Source: Eledone cirrhosa (taxonomy: Eukaryota). Taken from it: a DNA stretch of 64,000 nt. A model generated the notes under the pieces. The model saw only the letters and a program-made list of their open reading frames with translations, was not told the DNA's origin and did not search any database. Position numbers and translations under genes: made by a program. The stretch covers positions 403,434,001 through 403,498,000 of the forward strand of contig OZ024741.1 of assembly GCA_964016885.1 (NCBI GenBank), in the 5' to 3' direction. This document shows positions 26,461 through 41,700 of the stretch, piece by piece (positions within the stretch are counted from its first letter, which is position 1; every line of letters begins with the position of its first letter).

Positions 26461-29400
26461 AACCCAGGTAGGGACTACTATATTTCACCCAGGTAGGGAC
26501 TACTATCTTTAACCCAGGTAGTGGCTACTATCTTTAACCCAGGTAGTGACTACTATCTTTAACCAAGGTAGGGACTTCTATCTTTAACCCAGGTAGTGAC
26601 TACTATCTTTAACCCAGGTAGGGACTACTATCTTTAACCCAGGTAGGGACTTCTATCTTTAACCCAGGTAGGGACTACTATCTTTAACCCAAGTAGTGAC
26701 TACTATCTTTAACCCAAGTAGGGACTACTAACTTTAACCCAGGTAGGGACTACTATCTTTAACCCAGGTAGTGACTATCTTTAACCCAGGTAGGGACTAC
26801 TATCTTTAACCCAGGTACTGACTACTATCTTTAACCAAGGTAGGGACTACTATCTTTAACCCAGGTAGGGACTACTACCTTTAACCCAGGTAGTGACTAC
26901 TATCTTTAATCAAAGTAGTGACTACTATCTTTAACCCAAGTAGGGACTACTATCTTTAACCCAGGTAGGGACTACTATCTTTAACCCAGGTAGTGACTAC
27001 TATCTTTAACCCAGGTAGGGACTACTATCTTTAACCAAGGCAGGGACTACTATCTTTAACCCTGGTAGTGACTACTACCTTTAACCCAGGTAGGGACTTC
27101 TATCTTTAACCCAGGTAGGGACTACTATCTTTAACCCAGGTAGGGACTACTATCTTTAACCCAGGTAGTGACTACTACCTTTAACCCAGGTAGGGACTAC
27201 TATCTTTAACCCAGGTAGGGACTACTATCTTTAACCCAGGTAGTGACTACTATCTTTAACCCAGGTAGGGACTACTATCTTTAACCCAGGTAGGGACTAC
27301 TATCTTTAACCCAGGTAGTGACTACTATCTTTAACACAGGTAGGGACTTCTATCTTTAACCCAGGTAGTGACTACTATCTTTAACCCAGGTAGTGACTAC
27401 TATCTTTAACCCAGGTAGTGACTACTATCTTTAACCCAGGTAGGGACTACTACCTTTAACCCAGGTAGGGACTACTATCTTTAACCCAGGTAGTGACTAC
27501 TATCTTTAACCCAGGTAGTGACTACTATCTTTAACCCTGGTAGTGACTACTATCTTTAACCCAGGTAGTGACTACTATCTTTAACCCAGGTAGGGACTTC
27601 TATCTTTAACCCAGGTAGTGACTACTATCTTTAACCCAGGTAGGGACTTCTATCTTTAACCCAGGTAGTGACTGCTATCTTTAACCCAGGTAGGGACTTC
27701 TATCTTTAACCCAGGTAGTGACTACTATCTTTAACCCAGGTAGGGACTACTATCTTTAACCCAGGTAGTGACTACTATCTTTAACCCAGGTAGTGACTAC
27801 TAACTTTAACCCAGGTAGTGACTTCTATCTTTAACACAGGTAGTGACTACTATCTTTAACCCAGGTAGTGACTACTATCTTTAACCCAGGTAGGGAATTC
27901 TATCGTTAACCCAGGTAGTGACTGCTATCTTTAACCCAGGTAGGGACTTCTATCTTTAACCCAGGTAGTGACTACTATCTTTAACCCAGGTAGGGACTAC
28001 TATCTTTAACCCAGGTAGTGGCTACTATCTTTAATCCAGGTAGTGATTACTATCTTTAACCCAAGTAGGGACTACTATCTTTAACCCAGGTAGGGACTAC
28101 TATCTTTAACCCAGGTAGTGGCTACTATCTTTAACCCAGGTAGTGACTACTATCTTTAACCCAGGTAGGGACTACTATCTTTAACCCAGGTAGTGACTAC
28201 TATCTTTAACCCAGGTAGGGACTACTATCTTTAACCCAAGTAGTGACTACTATCTTTAACCCAGGTAGGGACTACTATCTTTAACCCTGGTAGTGACTAC
28301 TATCTTTAACCCAGGTAGTGACTACTATCTTTAACCCAGGTAGGGACTACTATCTTTAACCCAGGTATCGACTACTATCTTTAACCCAGGTAGTGACTAC
28401 TATCTTTAACCCAGGTAGTGACTACTATCTTTAACCCAGGTAGGGACCATCTTTAACCCAGGTAGGGACTACTATCTTTAACCCAGGTAGTGACTTCTAT
28501 CTTTAACCCAGGTAGTGACTATCTTTACCCCAGGTAGGGACTACTATCTTTAACCCAGGTAGTGACTACTACCTTTAACCCAGGTAGTGACTACTACCTT
28601 TAACCCAGGTAGTGACTACTATCTTTAACCCAGGTAGGGACTACTATCTTTAACCCAGGTAGTGACTACTATCTTTAACCCAGGTAGGGACTACTATCTT
28701 TAACCCAGGTAGTGACTATCTTTAACCCAGGTAGGGACTACTATCTTTAACCCAGGTAGGGACTACTATCTTTAACCCAGGTAGGGACTACTATCTTTAA
28801 CCCAGGTAGGGACTACTATCTTTAACCCAGGTAGGGACTACTATCTTTAACCCAGGTAGTGACTACTATCTTTAACCCAGGTAGTGAATATCTTTAACCC
28901 AGGTAGGGACTACTATCTTTAACCCAGGTAGTGACTACTATCTTTAACCCAGGTAGTGACTATCTTTAACCCAGGTAGGGACTACTATCTTTAACCCAAG
29001 TAGGGACTACTATCTTTAACCCAGGTAGGGACTACTATCTTTAACCCAGGTAGGGACTACTACCTTTAACCCAGGTATCGACTACTATCTTTAACCCAGG
29101 TAGGGACTACTATCTTTAACCCAGGTAGGGACTACTATCTTTAACCCAGGTAGGGACTACTACCTTTAACCCAGGTAGTGACTACTATCTTTAACCCAAG
29201 TAGTGACTACTATCTTTAACCCAAGTAGGGACTACTATCTTTAACCCAGGTAGGGACTACTACCTTTAACCCAGGTATCGACTACTATCTTTAACCCAGG
29301 TAGGGACTACTATCTTTAACCCAGGTAGGGACTACTATCTTTAACCCAGGTAGGGACTACTACCTTTAACCCAGGTAGTGACTACTATCTTTAACCCAGG

Positions 29401-32400
29401 TAGGGACTTCTATCTTTAACCCAGGTAGTGACTACTATCTTTAACCCAGGTAGGGACTACTATCTTTAACCCAGGTAGGGACTACTACCTTTACCCCAGG
29501 TAGTGACTACTATCTTTAACCCAGGTAGGGACTTCTATCTTTAACCCAGGTAGGGACTACTATCTTTAACCCAGGTAGGGACTACTATCTTTAACCCAGG
29601 TATCGACTACTATCTTTAACCCAGGTATCGACTACTATCTTTAACCCAGGTAGGGACTACTACCTTTAACCCAGGTAGTGACTACTATCTTTAAACCAGG
29701 TAGGGACTACTATCTTTAACCCAGGTAGGGACTACTACCTTTAACCCAGGTATCGACTACTATCTTTAACCCAGGTAGGGACTACTATCTTTAACCAAGG
29801 TAGGGACTTCTATCTTTAACCCAGGTAGTGACTACTATCTTTAACCCAGGTAGGGACTACTATCTTTAACCCAGGTAGGGACTTCTATCTTTAACCCAGG
29901 TAGGGACTTCTATCTTTAACCCAGGTAGGGACTATCTTTAACCCAGGTAGGGACTACTATCTTTAACCCAAGTAGTGACTACTACCTTTAACCCAGGTAG
30001 TGACTACTATCTTTAACCCAGGTAGGGACTTCTATCTTTAACCCAGATAGGGACTTCTATCTTTAACCCAGGTAGGGACTACTATCTTTAACCCAAGTAG
30101 TGACTACTACCTTTAACCCAGGTAGTGACTACTATCTTTAACCCAGGTAGGGACTACTATCTTTAACCCAGGTAGGGACTACTATCTTTAACCCAGGTAG
30201 GGACTACTACCTTTAACCCAGGTATCGACTACTATCTTTAACCCAGGTAGGGACTACTATCTTTAACCCAGGTAGGGACTACTATCTTTAACCCAGGTAG
30301 GTACTACTATCTTTAACCAAGGTAGGGACTACTACCTTTAACCCAGGTAGTGACTACTACCTTTAACCCAGGTAGGGTCTACTATCTTTAACCCAGGTAG
30401 TGACTACTATCTTTAACCCAGGTAGGGACTACTACCTTTAACCCAGGTATCGACTACTATCTTTAACCCAGGTAGGGACTACTATCTTTAACCCAGGTAG
30501 GGACTACTATCTTTAACCCAGGTAGGGACTTCTATCTTTAACCCAGGTAGGGACTTCTATCTTTAACCCAGGTAGGGACTATCTTTAACCCAGGTAGGGA
30601 CTACTATCTTTAACCCAAGTAGTGACTACTACCTTTAACCCAGGTAGTGACTACTATCTTTAACCCAGGTAGGGACTTCTATCTTTAACCCAGGTAGGGA
30701 CTTCTATCTTTAACCCAGGTAGGGACTACTATCTTTAACCCAAGTAGTGACTACTACCTTTAACCCAGGTAGTGACTACTATCTTTAACCCAGGTAGGGA
30801 CTACTATCTTTAACCCAGGTAGGGACTTCTATCTTTAACCCAGGTAGGGACTTCTATCTTTAACCCAGGTAGGGACTATCTTTAACCCAGGTAGGGACTA
30901 CTATCTTTAACCCAGGTAGGGACTACTATCTTTAACCCAGGTAGTGACTACTATCTTTAACCCAAGTAGTGACTACTATCTTTAACCCAGGTAGGGACTA
31001 CTATCTTTAACCCAGGTAGTGACTACTATCTTTAACCCAGGTAGTGACTACTATCTTTAACCCAAGTAGGGACTACTAGCTTTAACCCAGGTAGGGACTA
31101 CTATCTTTATCCCAGGTAGTGACTACTATCTTTAACCCAGGTAGGGACTTCTATCTTTAACCCAGGTAGTGAGTACTATCTTTAACCCAGGTAGGGACTA
31201 CTATCTTTAACCCAAGTAGGGACTAATATCTTTAACCCAGGTAGTGACTACTATCTTTAACCCAGGTAGTGACTGCTATCTTTAACCCAGGTAGGGACTA
31301 CTATCTTTAACCCAGGTAGGGACTTCTATCTTTAACCCAGGTAGGGACTTCTATCTTTAACCCAGGTAGGGACTATCTTTAACCCAGGTAGGGACTACTA
31401 TCTTTAACCCAGGTAGTGACTACTATCTTTAACCCAAGTAGTGACTACTATCTTTAACCCAGGTAGGGACTACTATCTTTAACCCAGGTAGTGACTACTA
31501 TCTTTAACCCAGGTAGTGACTACTATCTTTAACCCAAGTAGTGACTACTATCTTTAACCCAGGTAGGGACTACTATCTTTAACCCAGGTAGTGACTACTA
31601 TCTTTAACCCAGGTAGTGACTACTATCTTTAACCCAAGTAGGGACTACTAGCTTTAACCCAGGTAGGGACTACTATCTTTATCCCAGGTAGTGACTACTA
31701 TCTTTAACCCAGGTAGGGACTTCTATCTTTAACCCAGGTAGTGAGTACTATCTTTAACCCAGGTAGGGACTACTATCTTTAACCCAAGTAGGGACTAATA
31801 TCTTTAACCCAGGTAGTGACTACTATCTTTAACCCAGGTAGTGACTGCTATCTTTAACACAGGTAGTGACTACTATCTTTAACCCAGGTAGTGACTACTA
31901 TCTTTAACCCAGGTAGGGACTACTATCTTTAACCCAGGTAGGGACTACTATCTTTAACCCAGGTAGTGACTACTATCTTTAACCCAGGTAGGGACTACTA
32001 TCTTTAACCCAGGTAGGGACTACCATCTTTAACCCAGGTAGGGACTACTATCTTTAACCCAGGTAGGGACTACTATCTTTAACCCAGGTATGGACTACTA
32101 TCTTTAACCCAGGTAGGGACTACTATCTTTAACCCAGGTAGTGACTACTATCTTTAACCCAGGTAGGGACTACTATCTTTAACCCAGGTAGGGACTACTA
32201 TCTTTAACCCAGGTAGTGACTACTATCTTTAACCCAGGTAGGGACCACTATCTTTAACCCAGGTAGTGACTACTATCTTTAACCCAGGTAGGGACTACTA
32301 TCTTTAACCCAGGTAGGGACTACTATCTTTAACCCAGGTAGGGACTACTATCTTTAACCCAGGTATGGACTACTATCTTTAACCCAGGTAGGGACTACTA

Positions 32401-35400
32401 TCTTTAACCCAGGTAGTGACTACTATCTTTAACCCAGGTAGGGACTACTATCTTTAACCCAGGTAGGGACTACTATCTTTAACCCAGGTAGTGACTACTA
32501 TCTTTAACCCAGGTAGGGACTACTATCTTTAACCCAGGTAGTGACTATCTTTAACCCAGGTAGGGACTACTATCTTTAACCCAGGTAGTGACTACTACCT
32601 TTAACCCAAGTAGTGACTACTACCTTTAACCCAGGTAGGGACTACTATCTTTAACCCAGGTAGTGACTTCTATCTTTAACCCAGGTAGGGACTACTATCT
32701 TTAACCCCGGTAGTGACTTCTATCTTTAACCCAGGTAGTGACTACTATCTTTAACCCAGGTATGGACTACTACCTTTAACCCAGGTAGTGACTACTATCT
32801 TTAACCCAGGTAGGGACTACTATCTTTAACCCAGGTAGGGACTACTATCTTTAACCCAGGTAGTGACTACTATCTTTAACCCAGGTAGGGACTATCTTTA
32901 ACCCAGGTAGTGACTACTATCCTTAACCCAGGTAGTGACTACTATCTTTAACCCAGGTAGTGACTACTATCTTTAACCCAGGTAGGGACTATCTTTAACC
33001 CAGGTAGTGACTACTATCTTTAACCCAGGTAGGGACTACTATCTTTAACCCAGGTAGTGACTACTATCTTTAACCCAGGTAGGGACTACTATATTTCACC
33101 CAGGTAGTGACTACTATCTTTAACCCAGGTAGGGACTACTATCTTTAACCCAGGTAGTGACTACTATATTTCACCCAGGTAGTGACTACTATCTTTAACC
33201 CAGGTAGTGACTACTATCTTTAACCCAGGTAGGGACTACTATATTTCACCCAGGTAGGGACTACTACCTTTAACCCAGGGTAGTGACTACTATCTTTAAC
33301 CCAGGTAGTGGCTACTATCTTTAACCCAGGTAGTGACTACTATCTTTAACCCAGGTAGGGACTATCTTTAACCCAAGTAGTGACTACCATCTTTAACCCA
33401 GGTAGGGACTACTATCTTTAACCCAGGTAGTGACTATCTTTAACCCAGGTAGGGACTACTATCTTTAACCCAGGTAGGGACTACTATCTTTAACCCAGGT
33501 AGGTACTACTATCTTTAACCAAGGTAGGGACTACTATCTTTAACCCAGGTAGTGACTACTATCTTTAACCCAGGTAGGGACTACTATCTTTAACCCAGGT
33601 AGGTACTACTATCTTTAACCCAGGTAGGTACTACTATCTTTAACCCAGGTAGGGACTACTATGTTTAACCAAGGTAGGGACTACTACCTTTAACCCAGGT
33701 AGTGACTATCTTTAACCCAAGTAGTGACTACTATCTTTAACCCAGGTAGGTACTACTATCTTTAACCCAGGTAGTGACTATCTTTAACCCAGGTAGGGAC
33801 TACTATCTTTAACCCAGGTAGGGACTACTATCTTTAACCCAGGTAGGTACTACTATCTTTAACCAAGGTAGGGACTACTACCTTTAACCCAGGTAGTGAC
33901 TACTATCTTTAACCCAGGTAGGGACTACTATCTTTAACCCAGGTAGTGACTACTATCTTTAACCCAGGTAGGGACTACTACCTTTAACCCAGGTATCGAC
34001 TACTATCTTTAACCCAGGTAGGGACTACTATCTTTAACCCAGGTAGGGACTACTATCTTTAACCCAGGTAGGTACTACTATCTTTAACCAAGGTAGGGAC
34101 TACTACCTTTAACCCAGGTAGTGACTACTACCTTTAACCCAGGTAGGGTCTACTATCTTTAACCCAGGTAGTGACTACTATCTTTAACCCAGGTAGGGAC
34201 TACTACCTTTAACCCAGGTATCGACTACTATCTTTAACCCAGGTAGGGACTACTATCTTTAACCCAGGTAGGGACTACTATCTTTAACCCAGGTAGGGAC
34301 TACTATCTTTAACCCTGGTAGTGACTACTATCTTTAACCCAGGTAGGGACTACTATCTTTAACCCAGGTAGGGACTACTACCTTTAACCCAGGTAGTGAC
34401 TACTATCTTTAACCCAGGTAGGGACTACTATCTTTAACCCAGGTAGTGACTACTATCTTTAACCCAGGTAGGGACTACTATCTTTAACCCAGGTAGTGAC
34501 TACTACCTTTAACCCAGGTAGTGACTACTATCTTTAACCCAGGTAGGGACTACTATCTTTAACCCAGGTAGGGACTACTATCTTTAACCCAAGTAGGGAC
34601 TACTATCTTTAACCCAGGTAGGGACTACTATCTTTAACCCAGGTAGGGACTACTACCTTTAACCCAGGTATCGACTACTATCTTTAACCCAGGTAGGGAC
34701 TACTATCTTTAACCCAGGTAGGGACTACTATCTTTAACCCAGGTAGGGACTACTACCTTTAACCCAGGTAGTGACTACTATCTTTAACCCAAGTAGTGAC
34801 TACTATCTTTAACCCAAGTAGGGACTACTATCTTTAACCCAGGTAGGGACTACTACCTTTAACCCAGGTATCGACTACTATCTTTAACCCAGGTAGGGAC
34901 TACTATCTTTAACCCAGGTAGGGACTACTATCTTTAACCCAGGTAGGGACTACTACCTTTAACCCAGGTAGTGACTACTATCTTTAACCCAGGTAGGGAC
35001 TTCTATCTTTAACCCAGGTAGGGACTACTATCTTTAACCCAGGTAGGGACTACTATCTTTAACCCAGGTAGGGACTACTACCTTTAACCCAGGTAGTGAC
35101 TACTATCTTTAACCCAGGTAGGGACTACTATCTTTAACCCAGGTAGGGACTACTATCTTTAACCCAGGTATCGACTACTATCTTTAACCCAGGTATCGAC
35201 TACTATCTTTAACCCAGGTAGGGACTACTACCTTTAACCCAGGTAGTGACTACTATCTTTAAACCAGGTAGGGACTACTATCTTTAACCCAGGTAGGGAC
35301 TACTACCTTTAACCCAGGTATCGACTACTATCTTTAACCCAGGTAGGGACTACTATCTTTAACCAAGGTAGGGACTTCTATCTTTAACCCAGGTAGTGAC

Positions 35401-38400
35401 TACTATCTTTAACCCAGGTAGGGACTACTATCTTTAACCCAGGTAGGGACTTCTATCTTTAACCCAGGTAGGGACTTCTATCTTTAACCCAGGTAGGGAC
35501 TATCTTTAACCCAGGTAGGGACTACTATCTTTAACCCAAGTAGTGACTACTACCTTTAACCCAGGTAGTGACTACTATCTTTAACCCAGGTAGGGACTTC
35601 TATCTTTAACCCAGGTAGGGACTTCTATCTTTAACCCAGGTAGGGACTACTATCTTTAACCCAAGTAGTGACTACTACCTTTAACCCAGGTAGTGACTAC
35701 TATCTTTAACCCAGGTAGGGACTACTATCTTTAACCCAGGTAGGGACTACTATCTTTAACCCAGGTAGGGACTACTACCTTTAACCCAGGTATCGACTAC
35801 TATCTTTAACCCAGGTAGGGACTACTATCTTTAACCCAGGTAGGGACTACTATCTTTAACCCAGGTAGGTACTACTATCTTTAACCAAGATAGGGACTAC
35901 TACCTTTAACCCAGGTAGTGACTACTACCTTTAACCCAGGTAGGGTCTACTATCTTTAACCCAGGTAGTGACTACTATCTTTAACCCAGGTAGGGACTAC
36001 TACCTTTAACCCAGGTATCGACTACTATCTTTAACCCAGGTAGGGACTACTATCTTTAACCCAGGTAGGGACTACTATCTTTAACCCAGGTAGGGACTTC
36101 TATCTTTAACCCAGGTAGGGACTTCTATCTTTAACCCAGGTAGGGACTATCTTTAACCCAGGTAGGGACTACTATCTTTAACCCAAGTAGTGACTACTAC
36201 CTTTAACCCAGGTAGTGACTACTATCTTTAACCCAGGTAGGGACTTCTATCTTTAACCCAGGTAGGGACTTCTATCTTTAACCCAGGTAGGGACTACTAT
36301 CTTTAACCCAAGTAGTGACTACTACCTTTAACCCAGGTAGTGACTACTATCTTTAACCCAGGTAGGGACTACTATCTTTAACCCAGGTAGGGACTTCTAT
36401 CTTTAACCCAGGTAGGGACTTCTATCTTTAACCCAGGTAGGGACTATCTTTAACCCAGGTAGGGACTACTATCTTTAACCCAGGTAGGGACTACTATCTT
36501 TAACCCAGGTAGTGACTACTATCTTTAACCCAAGTAGTGACTACTATCTTTAACCCAGGTAGGGACTACTATCTTTAACCCAGGTAGTGACTACTATCTT
36601 TAACCCAGGTAGTGACTACTATCTTTAACCCAAGTAGGGACTACTAGCTTTAACCCAGGTAGGGACTACTATCTTTATCCCAGGTAGTGACTACTATCTT
36701 TAACCCAGGTAGGGACTTCTATCTTTAACCCAGGTAGTGAGTACTATCTTTAACCCAGGTAGGGACTACTATCTTTAACCCAAGTAGGGACTAATATCTT
36801 TAACCCAGGTAGTGACTACTATCTTTAACCCAGGTAGTGACTGCTATCTTTAACCCAGGTAGGGACTACTATCTTTAACCCAGGTAGGGACTTCTATCTT
36901 TAACCCAGGTAGGGACTTCTATCTTTAACCCAGGTAGGGACTATCTTTAACCCAGGTAGGGACTACTATCTTTAACCCAGGTAGTGACTACTATCTTTAA
37001 CCCAAGTAGTGACTACTATCTTTAACCCAGGTAGGGACTACTATCTTTAACCCAGGTAGTGACTACTATCTTTAACCCAGGTAGTGACTACTATCTTTAA
37101 CCCAAGTAGTGACTACTATCTTTAACCCAGGTAGGGACTACTATCTTTAACCCAGGTAGTGACTACTATCTTTAACCCAGGTAGTGACTACTATCTTTAA
37201 CCCAAGTAGGGACTACTAGCTTTAACCCAGGTAGGGACTACTATCTTTATCCCAGGTAGTGACTACTATCTTTAACCCAGGTAGGGACTTCTATCTTTAA
37301 CCCAGGTAGTGAGTACTATCTTTAACCCAGGTAGGGACTACTATCTTTAACCCAAGTAGGGACTAATATCTTTAACCCAGGTAGTGACTACTATCTTTAA
37401 CCCAGGTAGTGACTGCTATCTTTAACACAGGTAGTGACTACTATCTTTAACCCAGGTAGTGACTACTATCTTTAACCCAGGTAGGGACTACTATCTTTAA
37501 CCCAGGTAGGGACTACTATCTTTAACCCAGGTAGTGACTACTATCTTTAACCCAGGTAGGGACTACTATCTTTAACCCAGGTAGGGACTACCATCTTTAA
37601 CCCAGGTAGGGACTACTATCTTTAACCCAGGTAGGGACTACTATCTTTAACCCAGGTATGGACTACTATCTTTAACCCAGGTAGGGACTACTATCTTTAA
37701 CCCAGGTAGTGACTACTATCTTTAACCCAGGTAGGGACTACTATCTTTAACCCAGTAGGGACTACTATCTTTAACCCAGGTAGTGACTACTATCTTTAAC
37801 CCAGGTAGGGACCACTATCTTTAACCCAGGTAGTGACTACTATCTTTAACCCAGGTAGGGACTACTATCTTTAACCCAGGTAGGGACTACTATCTTTAAC
37901 CCAGGTAGGGACTACTATCTTTAACCCAGGTATGGACTACTATCTTTAACCCAGGTAGGGACTACTATCTTTAACCCAGGTAGTGACTACTATCTTTAAC
38001 CCAGGTAGGGACTACTATCTTTAACCCAGGTAGGGACTACTATCTTTAACCCAGGTAGTGACTACTATCTTTAACCCAGGTAGGGACTACTATCTTTAAC
38101 CCAGGTAGTGACTATCTTTAACCCAGGTAGGGACTACTATCTTTAACCCAGGTAGTGACTACTACCTTTAACCCAAGTAGTGACTACTACCTTTAACCCA
38201 GGTAGGGACTACTATCTTTAACCCAGGTAGTGACTTCTATCTTTAACCCAGGTAGGGACTACTATCTTTAACCCCGGTAGTGACTTCTATCTTTAACCCA
38301 GGTAGTGACTATCTTTAACCCAGGTAGGGACTACTATCTTTAACCCAGGTAGTGACTTCTATCTTTAACCCAGGTAGTGACTATCTTTAACCCAGGTAGG

Positions 38401-38720
38401 GACTATTATCTTTAACCCAGGTAGTGACTACTATCTTTAACCCAGGTATGGACTACTACCTTTAACCCAGGTAGTGACTACTATCTTTAACCCAGGTAGG
38501 GACTACTATCTTTAACCCAGGTAGGGACTACTATCTTTAACCCAGGTAGTGACTACTATCTTTAACCCAGGTAGGGACTATCTTTAACCCAGGTAGTGAC
38601 TACTATCCTTAACCCAGGTAGTGACTACTATCTTTAACCCAGGTAGTGACTACTATCTTTAACCCAGGTAGGGACTATCTTTAACCCAGGTAGTGACTAC
38701 TATCTTTAACCCAGGTAGGG
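26460..38720. repeat. Copy 2 of the ~12.2-kb super-unit
   Basis: TATTTCACCC 26481, AATCAAAG 26908, GAATTC 27895, CTAGC 31076/31648 and 36644/37216, AACCAAGATA 35883 (vs 23661), and the 24-bp monomer CCCAGTAGGG 37751 (vs 25504). Confidence 0.85.
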
Positions 38721-41700
38721 ACTACTATCTTTAACCCAGGTAGTGACTACTATCTTTAACCCAGGTAGGGACTACTATATTTCACCCAGGTAGTGACTAC
38801 TATCTTTAACCCAGGTAGGGACTACTATCTTTAACCCAGGTAGTGACTACTATATTTCACCCAGGTAGTGACTACTATCTTTAACCCAGGTAGTGACTAC
38901 TATCTTTAACCCAGGTAGTGGCTACTATCTTTAACCCAGGTAGTGACTACTATCTTTAACCCAGGTAGGGACTACTATATTTCACCCAGGTAGTGACTAC
39001 TATCTTTAACCCAGGTAGGGACTACTATCTTTAACCCAGGTAGTGGCTACTATCTTTAACCCAAGTAGGGACTACTATCTTTAACCCAGGTAGTGACTAC
39101 TATCTTTAACCCAGGTAGTGACTACTATCTTTAACCCAGGTAGTGACTACTATCTTTAACCCAGGTAGGGACTACTATCTTAAACCCTGGTAGTGACTAC
39201 TATCTTTAACCCAGGTAGTGACTACTATCTTTAACCCAGGTAGGGAATACTATCTTTAACCCAGGTAGGGACTACTATCTTTAACCCAGGTAGGGACTTC
39301 TATCTTTAACCCAGGTAGGGACTATCTTTAACCCAGGTAGTGACTACAATCTTTAACCCAAGTAGGGACTACTATCTTTAACCCAGGTAGTGACTACTAT
39401 CTTTAACCCAGGTAGTGACTGTCTTTAACCCAGGTAGTGACTACTATCTTTAACCCAGGGTAGTGACTACTATCTTTAACCCAGGTAGGGACTACTATCT
39501 TTAACCCAGGTAGGGACTACTATCTTTAACCCAGGTAGTGACTACTATATTTCACCCAGGTAGTGACTACTATCTTTAACCCAGGTAGGGACTACTATCT
39601 TTAACCCAGGTAGTGACTACTATCTTTAACCCAGGTAGTGACTACTATCTTTAACCCAGGGTAGTGACTACTATCTTTAACCCAGGTAGTGACTACTATC
39701 TTTAACCCAGGTAGTGACTACTATCTTTAACCCAGGTAGGGACTACTATCTTTAACCCAGGTAGTGACTACTATCTTTAACCCAGGTAGTGACTATCTTT
39801 AACCCAGGTAGGGACTACTATCTTTAACCCAGGTAGGGACTACTATCTTTAACCCAGGTAGGGACTATCTTTAACCCAGGTAGTGACTACTATCTTTAAC
39901 CCAGGGTAGTGACTTCTATCTTTAACCCAGGTAGTGACTACTATCTTTAACCCAGGTAGGGACTACTATCTTTAACCCAGGTAGGGACTACTATCTTTAA
40001 CCCTGGTAGTGACTACTATCTTTAACCCAGGTAGGGACTACTATCTTTAACCCAGGTAGGGACTACTATCTTTAACCCAGGTAGGGACTACTATCTTTAA
40101 CCCAGGTAGTGACTACTATCTTTAACCCAGGTAGGGACTACTATCTTTAACTCTGGTAGTGACTACTATCTTTAACCCAGGTAGTGACTATCTTTAACCC
40201 AGGTAGTGACTACTATCTTTAACCCAAGTAGTGACTACTATCTTTAACCCAGGTAGTGACTACTATATTTAACCCTGGTAGTGACTACTATCTTTAACCC
40301 AGGTAGTGACTACTATCTTTAACCCAGGTAGTGACTATCTTTAACCCAGGTAGGGACTACTATCTTTAACCCTGGTAGTGACTACTATCTTTAACCCAGG
40401 TAGTGACTACTATCTTTAACCCAGGTAGTGACTACTATCTTTAACCCAGGTAGGGACTACTATCTTTAACCCAGGTAGGGTCTACTATCTTTAACCCAGG
40501 TAGGGACTACTATCTTTAACCCAGGTAGGGACTACTATCTTTAACCCAGGTAGTGACTACTATCTTTAACCCAGGTAGTGACTACTATCTTTAACCCAGG
40601 TAGTGACTACTATCTTTAACCCAGGTAGGGACTACTATATTTAACCCAGGTAGGGACTACTATCTTTAACCCAGGTAGTAACTACTATCTTTAACCCAGG
40701 TAGTGACTACTATCTTTAACCCAGGTAGGGACTACTATCTTTAACCCAGGTAGGGACTACTATCTTTAACCCAGGTAGTGACTACTATCTTTAACCCAGG
40801 GTAGTGACTACTATCTTTAAAACAGGGTAGTGACTACTATCTTTAACCCAGGTAGTGACTACTATCTTTAACCCAGGTAGGGACTACTATCTTTAACCCA
40901 GGTAGTGACTACTATCTTTAACCCAGGTATGGACTACTATCTTTAACCCAGGTAGGGACTACTATCTTTAACCCAGGTAGTGACTACTATCTTTAACCCA
41001 GGTAGGGACTACTATCTTTAACCCAGGTAGTGACTATCTTTAACCCAGGTAGGGACTACTATCTTTAACCCAGGTAGTGACTACTACCTTTAACCCAGGT
41101 AGTGACTACTACCTTTAACCCAGGTAGGGACTACTATCTTTAACCCAGGTAGTGACTTCTATCTTTAACCCAGGTAGGGACTACTATCTTTAACCCAGGT
41201 AGTGACTTCTATCTTTAACCCAGGTAGTGACTATCTTTAACCCAGGTAGGGACTACTATCTTTAACCCAGGTAGTGACTTCTATCTTTAACCCAGGTAGT
41301 GACTATCTTTAACCCAGGTAGGGACTATTATCTTTAACCCAGGTAGTGACTACTATCTTTAACCCAGGTAGGGACTACTACCTTTAACCCAGGTAGTGAC
41401 TACTATCTTTAACCCAGGTAGGGACTACTATCTTTAACCCAGGTAGGGACTACTATCTTTAACCCAGGTAGTGACTACTATCTTTAACCCAGGTAGGGAC
41501 TATCTTTAACCCAGGTAGTGACTACTATCTTTAACCCAGGTAGTGACTACTATCTTTAACCCAGGTAGTGACTACTATCTTTAACCCAGGTAGGGACTAT
41601 CTTTAACCCAGGTAGTGACTACTATCTTTAACCCAGGTAGGGACTACTATCTTTAACCCAGGTAGTGACTACTATCTTTAACCCAGGTAGGGACTACTAT

